Below, piece after piece: positions 1 to 9,183 of a stretch of 64,000 nt of DNA (the stretch's first letter is position 1; every line of letters starts with the position of its first letter). A model generated the notes under the pieces. It saw nothing but the letters and a program-made list of their open reading frames with translations. It did no database searches and was not told the DNA's origin. Where the stretch lies: positions 20,369-84,368 of the forward strand of contig CAVPNC010000005.1 of NCBI GenBank assembly GCA_963706695.1, given 5' to 3'. The DNA comes from an uncultured Chloroflexia bacterium (lineage in GTDB: Bacteria > Chloroflexota > Limnocylindria > Limnocylindrales > CSP1-4). The position numbers and the translations under genes are program-made.

Positions 1-58
1 TGCTACACGGGCTCGAGTCTCGGGCACGTCCGTCCGGCTCACGGGTGATACTGCACGC

Positions 59-1042
59 GTGTCAGACATGGATCGAGCGCACGATGGTCGGTCTCCCGTT
101 CGTCAGCATGGGGCCCTGCTCGCGGCCGCGCTGCTGGCGGCCTCCATCGCGCTCCTGGCACCGCCCCTGACGATGCGCGGAGCGAGCCTGCCGTGGGGCA
201 CTCCCGACTACTCCGAGCGCGGGCCGTACGAGGTCGCCGTACGCGAGATCAGCGTGCCCCGCCCCGGGGCCGCGGAGACCTTCGAGGCCGGCCTCTTCGT
301 GCCGCTGCCGCTGGAGACGGCCGAGGCCGAGATCGTCGAACGCTCAGCCATCTATGCCTTCGGCCACGGCTACCTGTCCCCCATCGAGCCCTACCGCTCC
401 ACGCTCGAGCACATCGCGTCGTGGGGCATCGCGGTCGTGGCTCCACGCTCGGGTGGCGGACTGGTGCCCAGCCACGCGGCGTTCGGGGCGGACCTCGTGG
501 CTGCGCTCGACGCGGTGGCGGTGGCCGCTGCGGCCGACGACTGGGAGGGCCTGCCGGTCAACGCGAGCGCGCGGGCGGTGGGCGGCCACTCCATGGGTGG
601 CGGCGCCGCCGTGCTGGCCGCGGCCACGGACGCAGCCATCAAGACGGTGGCCACACTGAGCGCTGCGGACACCCGGCCGAGCGCGGTCGAGGCCGCGGCG
701 ACGGTGAAGGTTCCGATGCTGCTGGTGGCCGCCTCGGAGGACCGCATCACGCCCGTGGACGAGCATCAGCGACCGATCTTCGAGGCCGCGACCGGGCCCG
801 CGCAGCTCCGCCTCATCGAGGGCGGAGGGCACTGCGGCTACCTCGATCGAGCCGACCTCATCGGTCTCATCTGCGGCCGGCAGACCCTGGACCAGGACGC
901 TCAGCGTGCGCTCGGCCGGGCCGCTCTCACGGCCTGGCTGCGAGGAGAGCTCATGGATGACGCAGCCGCGTCCGAGCAAGCCTGGCCGCCAGACAGCGCC
1001 GACGGCACGAGCGTGGAGGCCAGGGGCCGGGAGTCGACGTGA
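59..1042 (+). CDS. secreted alpha/beta-fold hydrolase (dienelactone hydrolase / chlorophyllase-like)
   Basis: 327-aa ORF. Hydrophobic signal-like N-terminus (ALLAAALLAASIALLAPP). Nucleophile elbow GHSMGG, followed by Asp (SEDRITP) and His (GGGHCGY) in triad order. 4-nt overlap with the next gene. Confidence 0.7.
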   Translation: MSDMDRAHDGRSPVRQHGALLAAALLAASIALLAPPLTMRGASLPWGTPDYSERGPYEVAVREISVPRPGAAETFEAGLFVPLPLETAEAEIVERSAIYAFGHGYLSPIEPYRSTLEHIASWGIAVVAPRSGGGLVPSHAAFGADLVAALDAVAVAAAADDWEGLPVNASARAVGGHSMGGGAAVLAAATDAAIKTVATLSAADTRPSAVEAAATVKVPMLLVAASEDRITPVDEHQRPIFEAATGPAQLRLIEGGGHCGYLDRADLIGLICGRQTLDQDAQRALGRAALTAWLRGELMDDAAASEQAWPPDSADGTSVEARGREST

Positions 1043-2031
1043 CCACCGCCCGGACTCCGCTGCTCATCGACTGCGACACCGGCATCGACGATGCACTGGC
1101 GCTGCTCTACGCCTGCGCCTCGCCCGACGCGGAGGTCGTGGGCGTGAGCTGCGTGGCCGGCAACGTGGAGCTGCCCCACGTCATCCGCAACACCCTGGCC
1201 GTGATGGGGCTGGCCGGCCGGGGCGAGGTGGAGGTGGCTGCCGGTCGCGACGCGCCGATCGTGCGCCCCTTGCGCATCGCTGACGACACCCACGGCCCCA
1301 CCGGCCTGGGCTATGCCGAGCTGCCGCTCCCGACGACATCGGCCGGGCCGCGGGATGCGGCCGAGATGATCATCGAGGAGGCCCGCACCCGCCCGGGTGA
1401 GCTGACGCTCGTGACCCTGGGGCCGCTCTCCAACGTGGCCGTGGCGCTGGAGCAGGAGCCACGCTTGCCGATGCTCCTGCAGGGCCTGGTGATGATGGTC
1501 GGGGCCTATCGCGCGCCAGGCAACACGGCGCCGACCATGGAGTGGAACGCAGGCGTGGACCCGGAGGCGCTGGCCGCGACCATCGCGGGCTGGGCCGGCA
1601 CGGGTGCGCCCTCCCCCCGCGCCTTCGGGCTGGACGTCACGGAACGCGCCCGGATGACGCCGCACCACCTCGAGCTGCTGGCTCAGGCCGCCGGCGACGC
1701 GGACGACCCCATCGTGCGCTTCATCAACGATGCGCTGCGCTTCTACTTCGAGTTCCACAGCCGCTACGACGGCTTCTACGGCGCCTTCATCCACGACGCG
1801 CTGGTGGTCGCCGCAGCCCTCGACCCGGCCATGGCGCGCGCCGAGGCCCTGACCGTGGAGGTCGAGCTGGAGGGCCGCTGGACCACCGGCGAGACCGTCA
1901 CCGACTGGCGGCGGCACTGGGGACGGGAGCCCAACCTCGCCGTTGCCGTGGAAGCTGCGGCAGAGGCTTTCTTCGAGCGCTTCGTCGAGCGCGTCGGCAG
2001 GCTCGCGCGGGAGCGACGCTCAGTCGGCTGA
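1039..2031 (+). CDS. nucleoside hydrolase (inosine/uridine-preferring family)
   Basis: N-terminal aspartate cluster IDCDTGIDDALAL, typical of the IUNH family. 330 aa. GTGA overlap with the upstream gene. Confidence 0.85.
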   Translation: MTTARTPLLIDCDTGIDDALALLYACASPDAEVVGVSCVAGNVELPHVIRNTLAVMGLAGRGEVEVAAGRDAPIVRPLRIADDTHGPTGLGYAELPLPTTSAGPRDAAEMIIEEARTRPGELTLVTLGPLSNVAVALEQEPRLPMLLQGLVMMVGAYRAPGNTAPTMEWNAGVDPEALAATIAGWAGTGAPSPRAFGLDVTERARMTPHHLELLAQAAGDADDPIVRFINDALRFYFEFHSRYDGFYGAFIHDALVVAAALDPAMARAEALTVEVELEGRWTTGETVTDWRRHWGREPNLAVAVEAAAEAFFERFVERVGRLARERRSVG

Positions 2032-3060
2032 GGCGAGGGCCTCGACGATCGGCTCGCGGAAGGCCGGCATCTCCCACAGCTGCCGCGTCATGGGCCCGGC
2101 CCCTCGTCGACTCAGGTGGCGCAGGTCGTTCTGCGAACGCGTCTCCCACCAGTCGCCGTAGGCCTCGACGGTGACGATGGGCAGGTCTGCCGCTCGGCTC
2201 AGTGCCGCGTAGCCGCGGTCACGCTCGACGTACCAGGCGGGGTTCCGCGCCACCAGGGCCGCCTCCAGCTGGGGCGCGTACGGCAACGCCACCGCGATGA
2301 CCCGCGCTCCGTGCCCTCGCAGCTCGCTGATCAGGGCCACGAACGAATCGAGGTTCGCTTGGGACAGCGGGACACCCTCCGGCAGGACCTGCAGCAGCTG
2401 TGGCACGCGCTGCTCGAGGGTGTAGTTGCGGACCGGTCGCTCCGAGAGCCAGCCGCTGAGGGTGAGCTGGCGATCGCGGTCACCGGCCGTCCTGTGCCGG
2501 TCGCCCCGGAGGGCCTGCCTGATGCGCGCCACATCTCCCCGCCAACGCCAGAGCGCGGAGCGCTGGCCGAGAGCACACGACAGCCAGGCCGGACCGGTGG
2601 CCTCACCGCAGCCACCCCACAGTCGCCCCAGCTCGGAACGCGGGAACCAGTCGCCGGGTGGCCCGTAGCCCGTCATCAAGTTCGTGGTCACGCCCAGGAT
2701 CACGAGGTTGGGGACCAGGCCCTTGCGGGCCAGCCCGGACACCAGGATCCTCTGGCCTTCAAGGCCGAGCGCCGGCTGCGCCACGGTGCGGACGGTGACC
2801 TTGCGGCCGATGGCCTCGGAGATGGCGGCCTCCAGCACGCTCGGGCGCAGTCCGCTGCGGATGACGGACGTGCCCAGCACCATGATGTCCGGCCGGCCCA
2901 GGCGCATGATGTTCGAGAGCGCGACGTCCGCTTCCGGATCGGACGACGGCGCCTCCGGCAGGCGTCCTGCTCGGATCAGCGCCCGTGTCCCAAGCTCCGC
3001 CGCAAGCACGGGTCCGATGAGCAGCAGCGGCGTGATGATGGCGGCGATGGAGCGAAGCAC
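2020..3060 (-). CDS. hypothetical membrane-anchored protein
   Basis: The C-terminal ~345 codons of ORF 2020..3399 look coding. The upstream part is Ser/Pro/Thr-rich and collides with the divergent gene. GTG at 3060 precedes a single TM segment (VLRSIAAIITPLLLIGPVLAA). TTG at 3114 is an alternative start. No family recognised. Confidence 0.45.
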   Translation of the reverse strand: MLRSIAAIITPLLLIGPVLAAELGTRALIRAGRLPEAPSSDPEADVALSNIMRLGRPDIMVLGTSVIRSGLRPSVLEAAISEAIGRKVTVRTVAQPALGLEGQRILVSGLARKGLVPNLVILGVTTNLMTGYGPPGDWFPRSELGRLWGGCGEATGPAWLSCALGQRSALWRWRGDVARIRQALRGDRHRTAGDRDRQLTLSGWLSERPVRNYTLEQRVPQLLQVLPEGVPLSQANLDSFVALISELRGHGARVIAVALPYAPQLEAALVARNPAWYVERDRGYAALSRAADLPIVTVEAYGDWWETRSQNDLRHLSRRGAGPMTRQLWEMPAFREPIVEALASAD

Positions 3061-3169
3061 GGGCGCTATCCGATCACGACTGACTGCTGGAGTGGTGCAG
3101 CGACGATAGAACAAGTGAGGCGTGCCCGAGGCCGAGCGCACGTTTCGTGGCAATCTGGCGCCCGGGACG

Positions 3170-4267
3170 ATGGAAGGGCACGGACGGGAGGTGCAGGTGT
3201 CGAGGACGTGGCTGCGGGTCGGTGGCGGGCTGCTCGTGTTCGCGCTCATCGCCCTCGTCGGCCTGGCCGCGCTCGGCGGGCTCGAGTTCGACGAGGCGCT
3301 CGACACCTTCGCGCTGGTGATGGTCGCGGCCATCCCCGCGGGCGTGGCCGCGTACGCGCTCATCGAGTACGCCCAGACCGGCCGCATCGACTCGATCACC
3401 CGTCAGTTCGACACGCGCACGCTCGTGCTCATGCCGGTCGCCATGGCGCTCAACATCGTGCTCGGCACGGCCGTGGCCAGCGCCCTCAAGATCCCCATCT
3501 ACCTCGACTCGATCGGCACCATCCTCGTGGCGGCGCTGGCCGGGCCCCTCGCGGGTGCCGCCACCGGCTTCCTCTCCAACGTCATCTGGACCTACCTCGC
3601 TCCGCCGCCGTTCGCGAGCCCCTTCGCGGTGCCCTTCGCGGTGGTGGCAGTGGTCGTGGGCCTGCTGGCAGGGACCTTCGCGCGCTGGGGCTGGCTGCGC
3701 CCGCGTCCGCACGCCTCGGGGCAGCAGCTGGGCGTCGGGGCCGCTCTGTCGGTCGGAGCGGTGGTGGTCATGGTCGTGCTCGCGCTCCGGGCGTGGTCGG
3801 CGGCGGCCGAGGGCGGAGACGTGGCGCCGGCCTCGGACGAGGCGGCCTTCGTGCTGCTCGGCTGGGTGGCCCTGCTGCTGGTGGTCGGAACGGCCGTCGG
3901 CCTGGTCGTGCTGCTGGTGCGACGGCGGGACCTGGCGGTGGCCTACATCCTCGCAGCGGGCGTGATCACCGGCATCGTGGCCGCCTTCATCGCAGCGCCC
4001 ATCGCGGCCGGCCTCTTCGGCGGTGTGACCGGCTCGGGCGCGGACTTCGTCATCGCCGCCTTCCGCCAGGCCGGGGCCGACCTGCAGCAGGCGGTCCTGG
4101 GTCAGAGCCTCATCAGCGACCCTGTCGACAAGGTCATCACGTACTTCGTCGTGTACCTCATCCTTGGGGCCATGGCCACGCGCACCAAGGCGCGCTTCCC
4201 ACAGGGCCAGTACCTGCTGCCGCTGACCGACGAGGATGACGACGACACTACTGCTCCCGAGCGCTAG
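3170..4267 (+). CDS. ECF-transporter substrate-capture (S) component-like polytopic membrane protein, unusually long
   Basis: About 9 predicted TM segments. Contains the S-component-like stretch PIYLDSIGTILVAALAGPLAGAATGFLSNVIW. Sits directly upstream of ecfT-ecfA-ecfA'. Start uncertain: ATG 3170 or GTG 3122. Confidence 0.55.
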   Translation: MEGHGREVQVSRTWLRVGGGLLVFALIALVGLAALGGLEFDEALDTFALVMVAAIPAGVAAYALIEYAQTGRIDSITRQFDTRTLVLMPVAMALNIVLGTAVASALKIPIYLDSIGTILVAALAGPLAGAATGFLSNVIWTYLAPPPFASPFAVPFAVVAVVVGLLAGTFARWGWLRPRPHASGQQLGVGAALSVGAVVVMVVLALRAWSAAAEGGDVAPASDEAAFVLLGWVALLLVVGTAVGLVVLLVRRRDLAVAYILAAGVITGIVAAFIAAPIAAGLFGGVTGSGADFVIAAFRQAGADLQQAVLGQSLISDPVDKVITYFVVYLILGAMATRTKARFPQGQYLLPLTDEDDDDTTAPER

Positions 4268-4994
4268 GGCCCACGCCGACCGCTGGCGCACCCTGGACCC
4301 GCTGACCCGGCTGGTGGCGGCCGTGACCACCATGGCCGCGGCCCTGGTCCTGGCTGGCCTGATCTGTCCGCTGGCGCTGCTTGTGGGCGCCGTCGTCGTG
4401 CCGGCGCTGGTGGCGCGCGAGCTGGTGCCCGTGCTGCGCCTGAGCCTGGCCCTGTCCCTGCCCCTGGCCGTGAGCGTGGTGCTCGTCAACCTGCTCTTCT
4501 CGCCCGGGAGCGTCGCGGAGGGTGCCCTGCTCGCAGCCGAGGTCGTGATCCGCGTGCTGACCATGGCCGGCGCGGCGGTGCTCTTCTACCGCACCACTTC
4601 CCCCGCCGACCTCGTGGGCAGCCTCCAGCATCACGGCCTGCCGGCAAGGGCCACCTTCGTCATCCACAACGCCGTGGCCATGATCCCGCGCCTGGCCGAG
4701 CGCGCCCGTGAGGTCACCGCCGCCCAGCGGGCCCGAGGGCTGGACTCGGAGGGCAGCTGGCGGCGACGCGGCCGGGGCGTGCTGGCCATCACGGGGCCGA
4801 CCGTGCTCGGCGCCATCGGAGAGGTGGAGACACGCACGCTGGCGCTCGAGACACGCGGCTTCACGCGCCCCGGCCGAGCGACGGTGCTGCGCGTCCCGGT
4901 GGACAGCGCCGTCCAACGCGCGGCGCGCTGGGGCATGCTCGCCGCCCTCATCGCGCTGGGTGCCGCCCGCTTCGCGGGGATCCTCCCGTGCTGA
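4236..4994 (+). CDS. ecfT: energy-coupling factor transporter transmembrane component (EcfT/CbiQ family)
   Basis: 252-aa membrane protein with a CbiQ-like C-terminal region (AQRARGLD...LALETRGF). Overlaps the S-like gene and the first ATPase gene. Confidence 0.8.
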   Translation: MTTTLLLPSARAHADRWRTLDPLTRLVAAVTTMAAALVLAGLICPLALLVGAVVVPALVARELVPVLRLSLALSLPLAVSVVLVNLLFSPGSVAEGALLAAEVVIRVLTMAGAAVLFYRTTSPADLVGSLQHHGLPARATFVIHNAVAMIPRLAERAREVTAAQRARGLDSEGSWRRRGRGVLAITGPTVLGAIGEVETRTLALETRGFTRPGRATVLRVPVDSAVQRAARWGMLAALIALGAARFAGILPC

Positions 4995-5791
4995 GCCTGC
5001 GCGCCGTCTCCTATCGCTACCCCGGCGCCAAGCACGACGTGCTCCACGGCATCGACCTCGACCTTGTCGAGGGCACCGTCACCGGGCTGGTGGGCCCGGC
5101 TGAAGCGGGCAAGTCCACGCTCTGCCTCGTGGCCGGCGGCCTGGCGCCGCGGGTGATCGGCGGCCGGGTCGCCGGCCAGGTGGGCATCGACGGGACGTCG
5201 GTCGCGCTCTGGCCCATGCATCAGCTGGCCCAGGAGGTCGTGACCGGCGTACAGGATCCAGCCGGACAGCTGTCGCTCATCGCCGAGACCGTGGCCGAGG
5301 AGGTCGCCTTCGGCCCGGCCAACCTGGGGCTGCCCCTCGACCAGATCGAGGAACGCGTGGCCACGGCCATGCAGCTCACGGGCATCACGGCCCTGCGCGA
5401 GCGCGACCCCGTGCGCCTGTCGGGCGGTCAGCAGCAGCTGGTGGTCATGGCCGGCCTGCTGGCCATGCGCCCGCGTCATCTCGTGCTCGACGAGCCGGTG
5501 GCCCACCTGGACGCGGCTGGGGCACGACTCGTGCTGGACGCCGTGCGGGCCGCTGCCGACGCCGGCGCCGCGGTCCTGCTGGCCGAACAGCGCGTGGCGG
5601 AGCTGGCCCGGATGGCCGACTCGATGCTGGTCATGGCCGCCGGCAACATCGTCACGCGTGGGCGTCCGGCCGAGGTGCTGGCCGAACCCGCCACGCACGC
5701 GCTCGGCGTGGAGGAGCCATCCGAGGTGGCGCTGCGCAGGCTCCTCGTCGAGGCCGGCCTCGATCCGTCACAGGTGGAGGTGGGCCGGTGA
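4988..5791 (+). CDS. ecfA1: ECF transporter ATP-binding protein
   Basis: Walker A GPAEAGKST, signature LSGGQQQ, Walker B LVLDEP. Overlaps both neighbours. Confidence 0.85.
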   Translation: MLSLRAVSYRYPGAKHDVLHGIDLDLVEGTVTGLVGPAEAGKSTLCLVAGGLAPRVIGGRVAGQVGIDGTSVALWPMHQLAQEVVTGVQDPAGQLSLIAETVAEEVAFGPANLGLPLDQIEERVATAMQLTGITALRERDPVRLSGGQQQLVVMAGLLAMRPRHLVLDEPVAHLDAAGARLVLDAVRAAADAGAAVLLAEQRVAELARMADSMLVMAAGNIVTRGRPAEVLAEPATHALGVEEPSEVALRRLLVEAGLDPSQVEVGR

Positions 5792-6597
5792 CCGAGATCC
5801 GACTGGAGGGCGTCACCTTCGACTACCCCGACGGCACGCGCGCGCTCGATGCCGTGGACCTGCGCATCGAACCCGGCGCATCGCTCGCGCTCGTCGGCGC
5901 CAACGGCAGTGGCAAGACGACGCTGGCCCGCCACCTCAACGGCCTCCTGCGCCCGACCAGCGGACGCGTCCTGCTCGACGGTGCGGACACGGCTGACCTG
6001 CGCGTGGCCCAGCTGGCGCGCAGCGTGGGGCTCGTCTTCCAGCAGCCCGACCGCCAGATCTTCGGCAGCACCGTTCGGGACGAGGTCGAGTTCGGGCCTC
6101 GTCACGCGGGCGAGGAGGACGAGGCTGCCTTCGCTCGTACCACAGCCGCGCTGGCGCAGGTCGGCATGACCGATGACCTCGGCACACACCCTGACGACCT
6201 CGGCGAGAGCCGGCGCAAACTGCTGACCATCGCCTCCGTGCTGGCCATGGAGACACCGGTGGTCGTGCTCGACGAGCCCACTGCCGGGCTCGATGCCCGT
6301 GGGGTGGAGCTGGTGGCCGGCCTCGTCCGCGGGCTCGTGGCGGAGGGCCGCTCGGTGGTGGGCATCAGCCACGACATGCGCTTCGTGGCCGAGGCCTTCG
6401 CGCGCGTGGTCGTGCTCGACGGCGGCCGCATCACGCTGCAGGGCGCTCCCGTCGAGGTCTTCGCCGAGCCAGCCTGGCCGGCCCTGAGAAGGGCGGGGCT
6501 GGAACCGACGGCCGCGGCGGTGCGCGGAGCACGACTGGGCCTGGGCTCCACCCCCACCGAAGCATCGCTGGTGGAGGCGCTGCGTCCCGAGCACTGA
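5788..6597 (+). CDS. ecfA2: ECF transporter ATP-binding protein
   Basis: Walker A GANGSGKTT and Walker B VVLDEPTAGLD. GTGA overlap with ecfA1. Confidence 0.85.
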   Translation: MTEIRLEGVTFDYPDGTRALDAVDLRIEPGASLALVGANGSGKTTLARHLNGLLRPTSGRVLLDGADTADLRVAQLARSVGLVFQQPDRQIFGSTVRDEVEFGPRHAGEEDEAAFARTTAALAQVGMTDDLGTHPDDLGESRRKLLTIASVLAMETPVVVLDEPTAGLDARGVELVAGLVRGLVAEGRSVVGISHDMRFVAEAFARVVVLDGGRITLQGAPVEVFAEPAWPALRRAGLEPTAAAVRGARLGLGSTPTEASLVEALRPEH

Positions 6598-6617
6598 GCT
6601 GCGTCCCGAGCACTGAA
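6580..6617 (+). repeat. 19-bp tandem direct duplication spanning the ecfA2 stop codon
   Basis: ctgcgtcccgagcactgag (6580-6598) is followed immediately by ctgcgtcccgagcactgaa (6599-6617). 18 of 19 positions are identical. Confidence 0.9.
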
Positions 6618-6835
6618 ACGATCGGACCTGCATGACGGCTCCCGTCGGATCAGCGGGTCGTGATCGCCGGGACCTCGGCGCGATGGAGGCGAGGCGTCGG
6701 CACCTATCCGCCGCTGGTGTCGGGGTGTAGACTGCCGCGCCTTGGGGGCCATCACACGGGGCAGCTCGGCTCGCCCGATCCAGCGGTGCGCTACGACCGG
6801 ACCCAACGGTCCGGCCACCGCCAGGGAGGTCTTCC

Positions 6836-7255
6836 ATGTCAGACAACAAGGCCGTGGTACTACGGCTCTACGACGAGGTCTTCAGCCAGGGCGACGTCGA
6901 CCTCGGCGACGAGCTCATGGCGGACGACTTCGTCGAGCATGAGCAGCTTCCCCCCGGAATCCCATCGGGCAAGGCGGCGCCGCGGGTACTCATGACCATG
7001 ATGCGGGAGGCCTTTCCCGACTTCCGCGCGACGGTCGAGGAGCTGCTAGAGGACGGTCAGAAGGTGATCGCACGGGCGCGCTTCTCGGGCACGCATGAGG
7101 GCGACTTCATGGGCATCCCCGCGACCGGCCGGAGCTTCGACATCGCCGTCATCGACATCCTCGAGTTCCGCGATGGCAAGGTGATCGCCCATTGGGGAGT
7201 GATGGACATGGCCGGGATGATGGAGCAGCTCGGGATCGGCGGGCCACCCGCGTAG
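6836..7255 (+). CDS. SnoaL-like ester cyclase family protein
   Basis: 139 aa. The pattern NKAVVLRLYDEVFSQGDVD...DDFVEH...FPDF...GTHEGDFMGIPATGR...FRDGKIAEHWGV is typical of predicted ester cyclases. GGAGG RBS upstream. Confidence 0.8.
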   Translation: MSDNKAVVLRLYDEVFSQGDVDLGDELMADDFVEHEQLPPGIPSGKAAPRVLMTMMREAFPDFRATVEELLEDGQKVIARARFSGTHEGDFMGIPATGRSFDIAVIDILEFRDGKVIAHWGVMDMAGMMEQLGIGGPPA

Positions 7256-7269
7256 GCCCGTCCGCGAAC

Positions 7270-7615
7270 GGCCGACCCGATGAAGGCGACCGCCGCGCTG
7301 ATGCTGGCCATCTTCTGCATCGGCATCGCTGCTCGGTCTGCCCATCGGCGCCCTGCTGGCGGGCACGCTCAGCTGGCGTGCCACGTTCGCCGCGGTCGCC
7401 ATCCTGGCCGTGATGGAAACGCTTCTGATCTGGCGTCTGCCGGCCGATCGGGCCAAGGGCCCCACCGCCGCTGGCTGGGCACGTGGACGGCCGTCATGGC
7501 GGTGCTGGCGTTCGCCGCGGCGTTCACCTTGCTGCCACGGCCACAGGTCGTGCCACGCGGGCCCGAGGAGGGCGTGGGCGCGGAGGATCGCGTGGCCGAG
7601 CGCGCGCCGGTCTGA
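7270..7615 (+). pseudogene. remnant of an MFS transporter gene (about 110 codons spread over two frames)
   Basis: Reading x-z-x across frames gives AALMLAIFCIGIA / LLGLPIGALLAGTLSWRATFAAVAILAVMETLLIWRLP / WTAVMAVLAFAAAFTLL. This resembles the TM5-TM6 region of MFS proteins, but no full-length gene is present. Confidence 0.35.
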
Positions 7616-7641
7616 GCGAGTGAAGGAGGAGAGGTGAAACG

Positions 7642-7950
7642 ATGAGCGGGATCGGAGAGCTGGTGCGCGGTGTGTTCGAACGCCTGTCCGGTGGAGGTGG
7701 CGACTGCTCGCATCTCGACCAGGCGCTCAACGTGGAGCCGCAAAGCTCCGGTTGCGAGGAATGCCTCGCGGCGAGCATGCGCTGGGTCCACCTGCGGTTC
7801 TGCCTGACCTGCGGCCACGTCGGCTGCTGCAACTCCTCGGAGGGTAAGCATGCCTTCGCCCACTTCGAGGAGACCGGACATGCCATCGCCCGGTCACACG
7901 AGCCAGGCGAGACCTGGAGCTGGTGCTGGATCGACGAGATCGAGGTCTGA
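7642..7950 (+). CDS. UBP-type zinc-finger domain protein
   Basis: 102 aa with a Cys/His pattern CSHL...CEEC...WVHLRFCLTCGHVGCC...KHAFAHFEETGH. Strong RBS GAAGGAGGAG upstream. Confidence 0.75.
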   Translation: MSGIGELVRGVFERLSGGGGDCSHLDQALNVEPQSSGCEECLAASMRWVHLRFCLTCGHVGCCNSSEGKHAFAHFEETGHAIARSHEPGETWSWCWIDEIEV

Positions 7951-8150
7951 TGCGGACGGCACGGCGATGGCGCTGAGGGTGCCGAGCGGGTCGTGCTGGG
8001 TAGCCGCCAGCTGGGGAACGTGCCCACATCGCAACCGCGCAGACACTTGACCTCCCTTGCGCGGGGACATGTACGATGCCGCGAGCGAGAGTGGCCGGGA
8101 CATCGCCCGCCCGGGTGCGCCTGTCACCGGCACCAGGGAGGTTCTATCGG

Positions 8151-9158
8151 ATGATCAGGCGTCGCCCCGTGCTTGCAGCTACCACGCTGCTGGCCCTCAC
8201 CCTGACCGCGAGCTCTGCCGCGGTCGTCGCCCAGGACGAGCCCCTCAAGGTCTTCGGTGCGTACGCCACGCAGATCGAGGAGCCGTGGGACGGCGTGATC
8301 CACACCGCGCTCAACGCAGAGGCCGCCACCGGCAGCATCGACTACACCTTCGTCGACGACATCGGCTACAGCGGAGACATGGAGCTGATCCTCACCGAGG
8401 TGGCGGAGCTCGAGGCCCCGGACATCATCTTCGGCGACGCCTTCGGCAACGAGGAAGCGGTCCGTCGCGTGGCGGCCGACTACCCTGACATCGCCTTCGT
8501 CTTCGGCTCCGGCGGCGGTCCCGCCAACCCCAACTTCAGCGTCTTCGACAACTGGATCCATGAGCCGGCCTACCTCGCTGGCATGCTCGCCGGCGGACTC
8601 ACCGAGACCGGCATCATCGGCATCGTCGGCGGGGTGCCCGTGCCGGAGGTCAACCGCATCAGCAACGCCTTCATCAGTGGCGCGCAGGCGGTCAACCCGG
8701 AGGTCGAGGCCAAGGTCAGCTTCATCAACAGCTGGTTCGACCCCGCTTCGGCCAAGGAAGCCGCGCTGGCCCAGATCGATGCCGGCGCTGACGTGCTCTA
8801 CGCCGAGCGCGCGGGCGTCATCGAGGCCGCCGTCCAGGAAGGCCTCATCGCCGTAGGCAACATGAGCGACCAGTCGGCCGACGGGCCCGACAACGTCGTC
8901 ACCAGCGTGACCTGGAACATGACTCCCACCGTCGAGTACATCGTCGACCAGGTCGCCGGCGGCACCTACACCAGCCAGGACCTCAAGGACTTCAGCATGG
9001 TCGCCAAGGGCGGCGCCGCGCTGGCACCCATCAACGAGGCCCTCGTGCCCGCAGACCTGCTCGAGACCGTCCAGGCCCGGGAGGCCGAGATCGTCTCCGG
9101 CCTCTTCCGGGTGGACATCAACGAGGCCACTCCCGCAGGCTCGGTGATCCCCGAGTAG
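8151..9158 (+). CDS. BMP-family (basic membrane lipoprotein / PnrA-like) ABC transporter substrate-binding protein
   Basis: ATG 8151 is preceded by GGGAGG. Signal peptide MIRRRPVLAATTLLALTLTASSAAVVA. BMP-like body (GFNEEA-like, VPVPEVNRI, SWFDPA). Followed by ATPase and permease genes. Confidence 0.85.
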   Translation: MIRRRPVLAATTLLALTLTASSAAVVAQDEPLKVFGAYATQIEEPWDGVIHTALNAEAATGSIDYTFVDDIGYSGDMELILTEVAELEAPDIIFGDAFGNEEAVRRVAADYPDIAFVFGSGGGPANPNFSVFDNWIHEPAYLAGMLAGGLTETGIIGIVGGVPVPEVNRISNAFISGAQAVNPEVEAKVSFINSWFDPASAKEAALAQIDAGADVLYAERAGVIEAAVQEGLIAVGNMSDQSADGPDNVVTSVTWNMTPTVEYIVDQVAGGTYTSQDLKDFSMVAKGGAALAPINEALVPADLLETVQAREAEIVSGLFRVDINEATPAGSVIPE

Positions 9159-9183
9159 GTCGCCTGACCAGCACCCGCGCGCG

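Noticed and set aside
901-1917. 338-aa minus-strand ORF antisense to the nucleoside hydrolase gene
   Set aside because: Shadow frame, Gly/Arg/His-rich, opposite a gene with clear family motifs.
2116-4239. 707-aa plus-strand ORF, the largest in the first 5 kb
   Set aside because: Arg/Gly/His/Pro-rich low-complexity translation with no motifs. It overlaps a well-supported minus-strand gene and the ECF S-component gene in another frame. This is the typical shadow ORF of GC-rich DNA.
5476-6849. 457-aa minus-strand ORF antisense to ecfA1/ecfA2
   Set aside because: Shadow frame with no motifs. The ATPase genes on the plus strand carry Walker and signature motifs.
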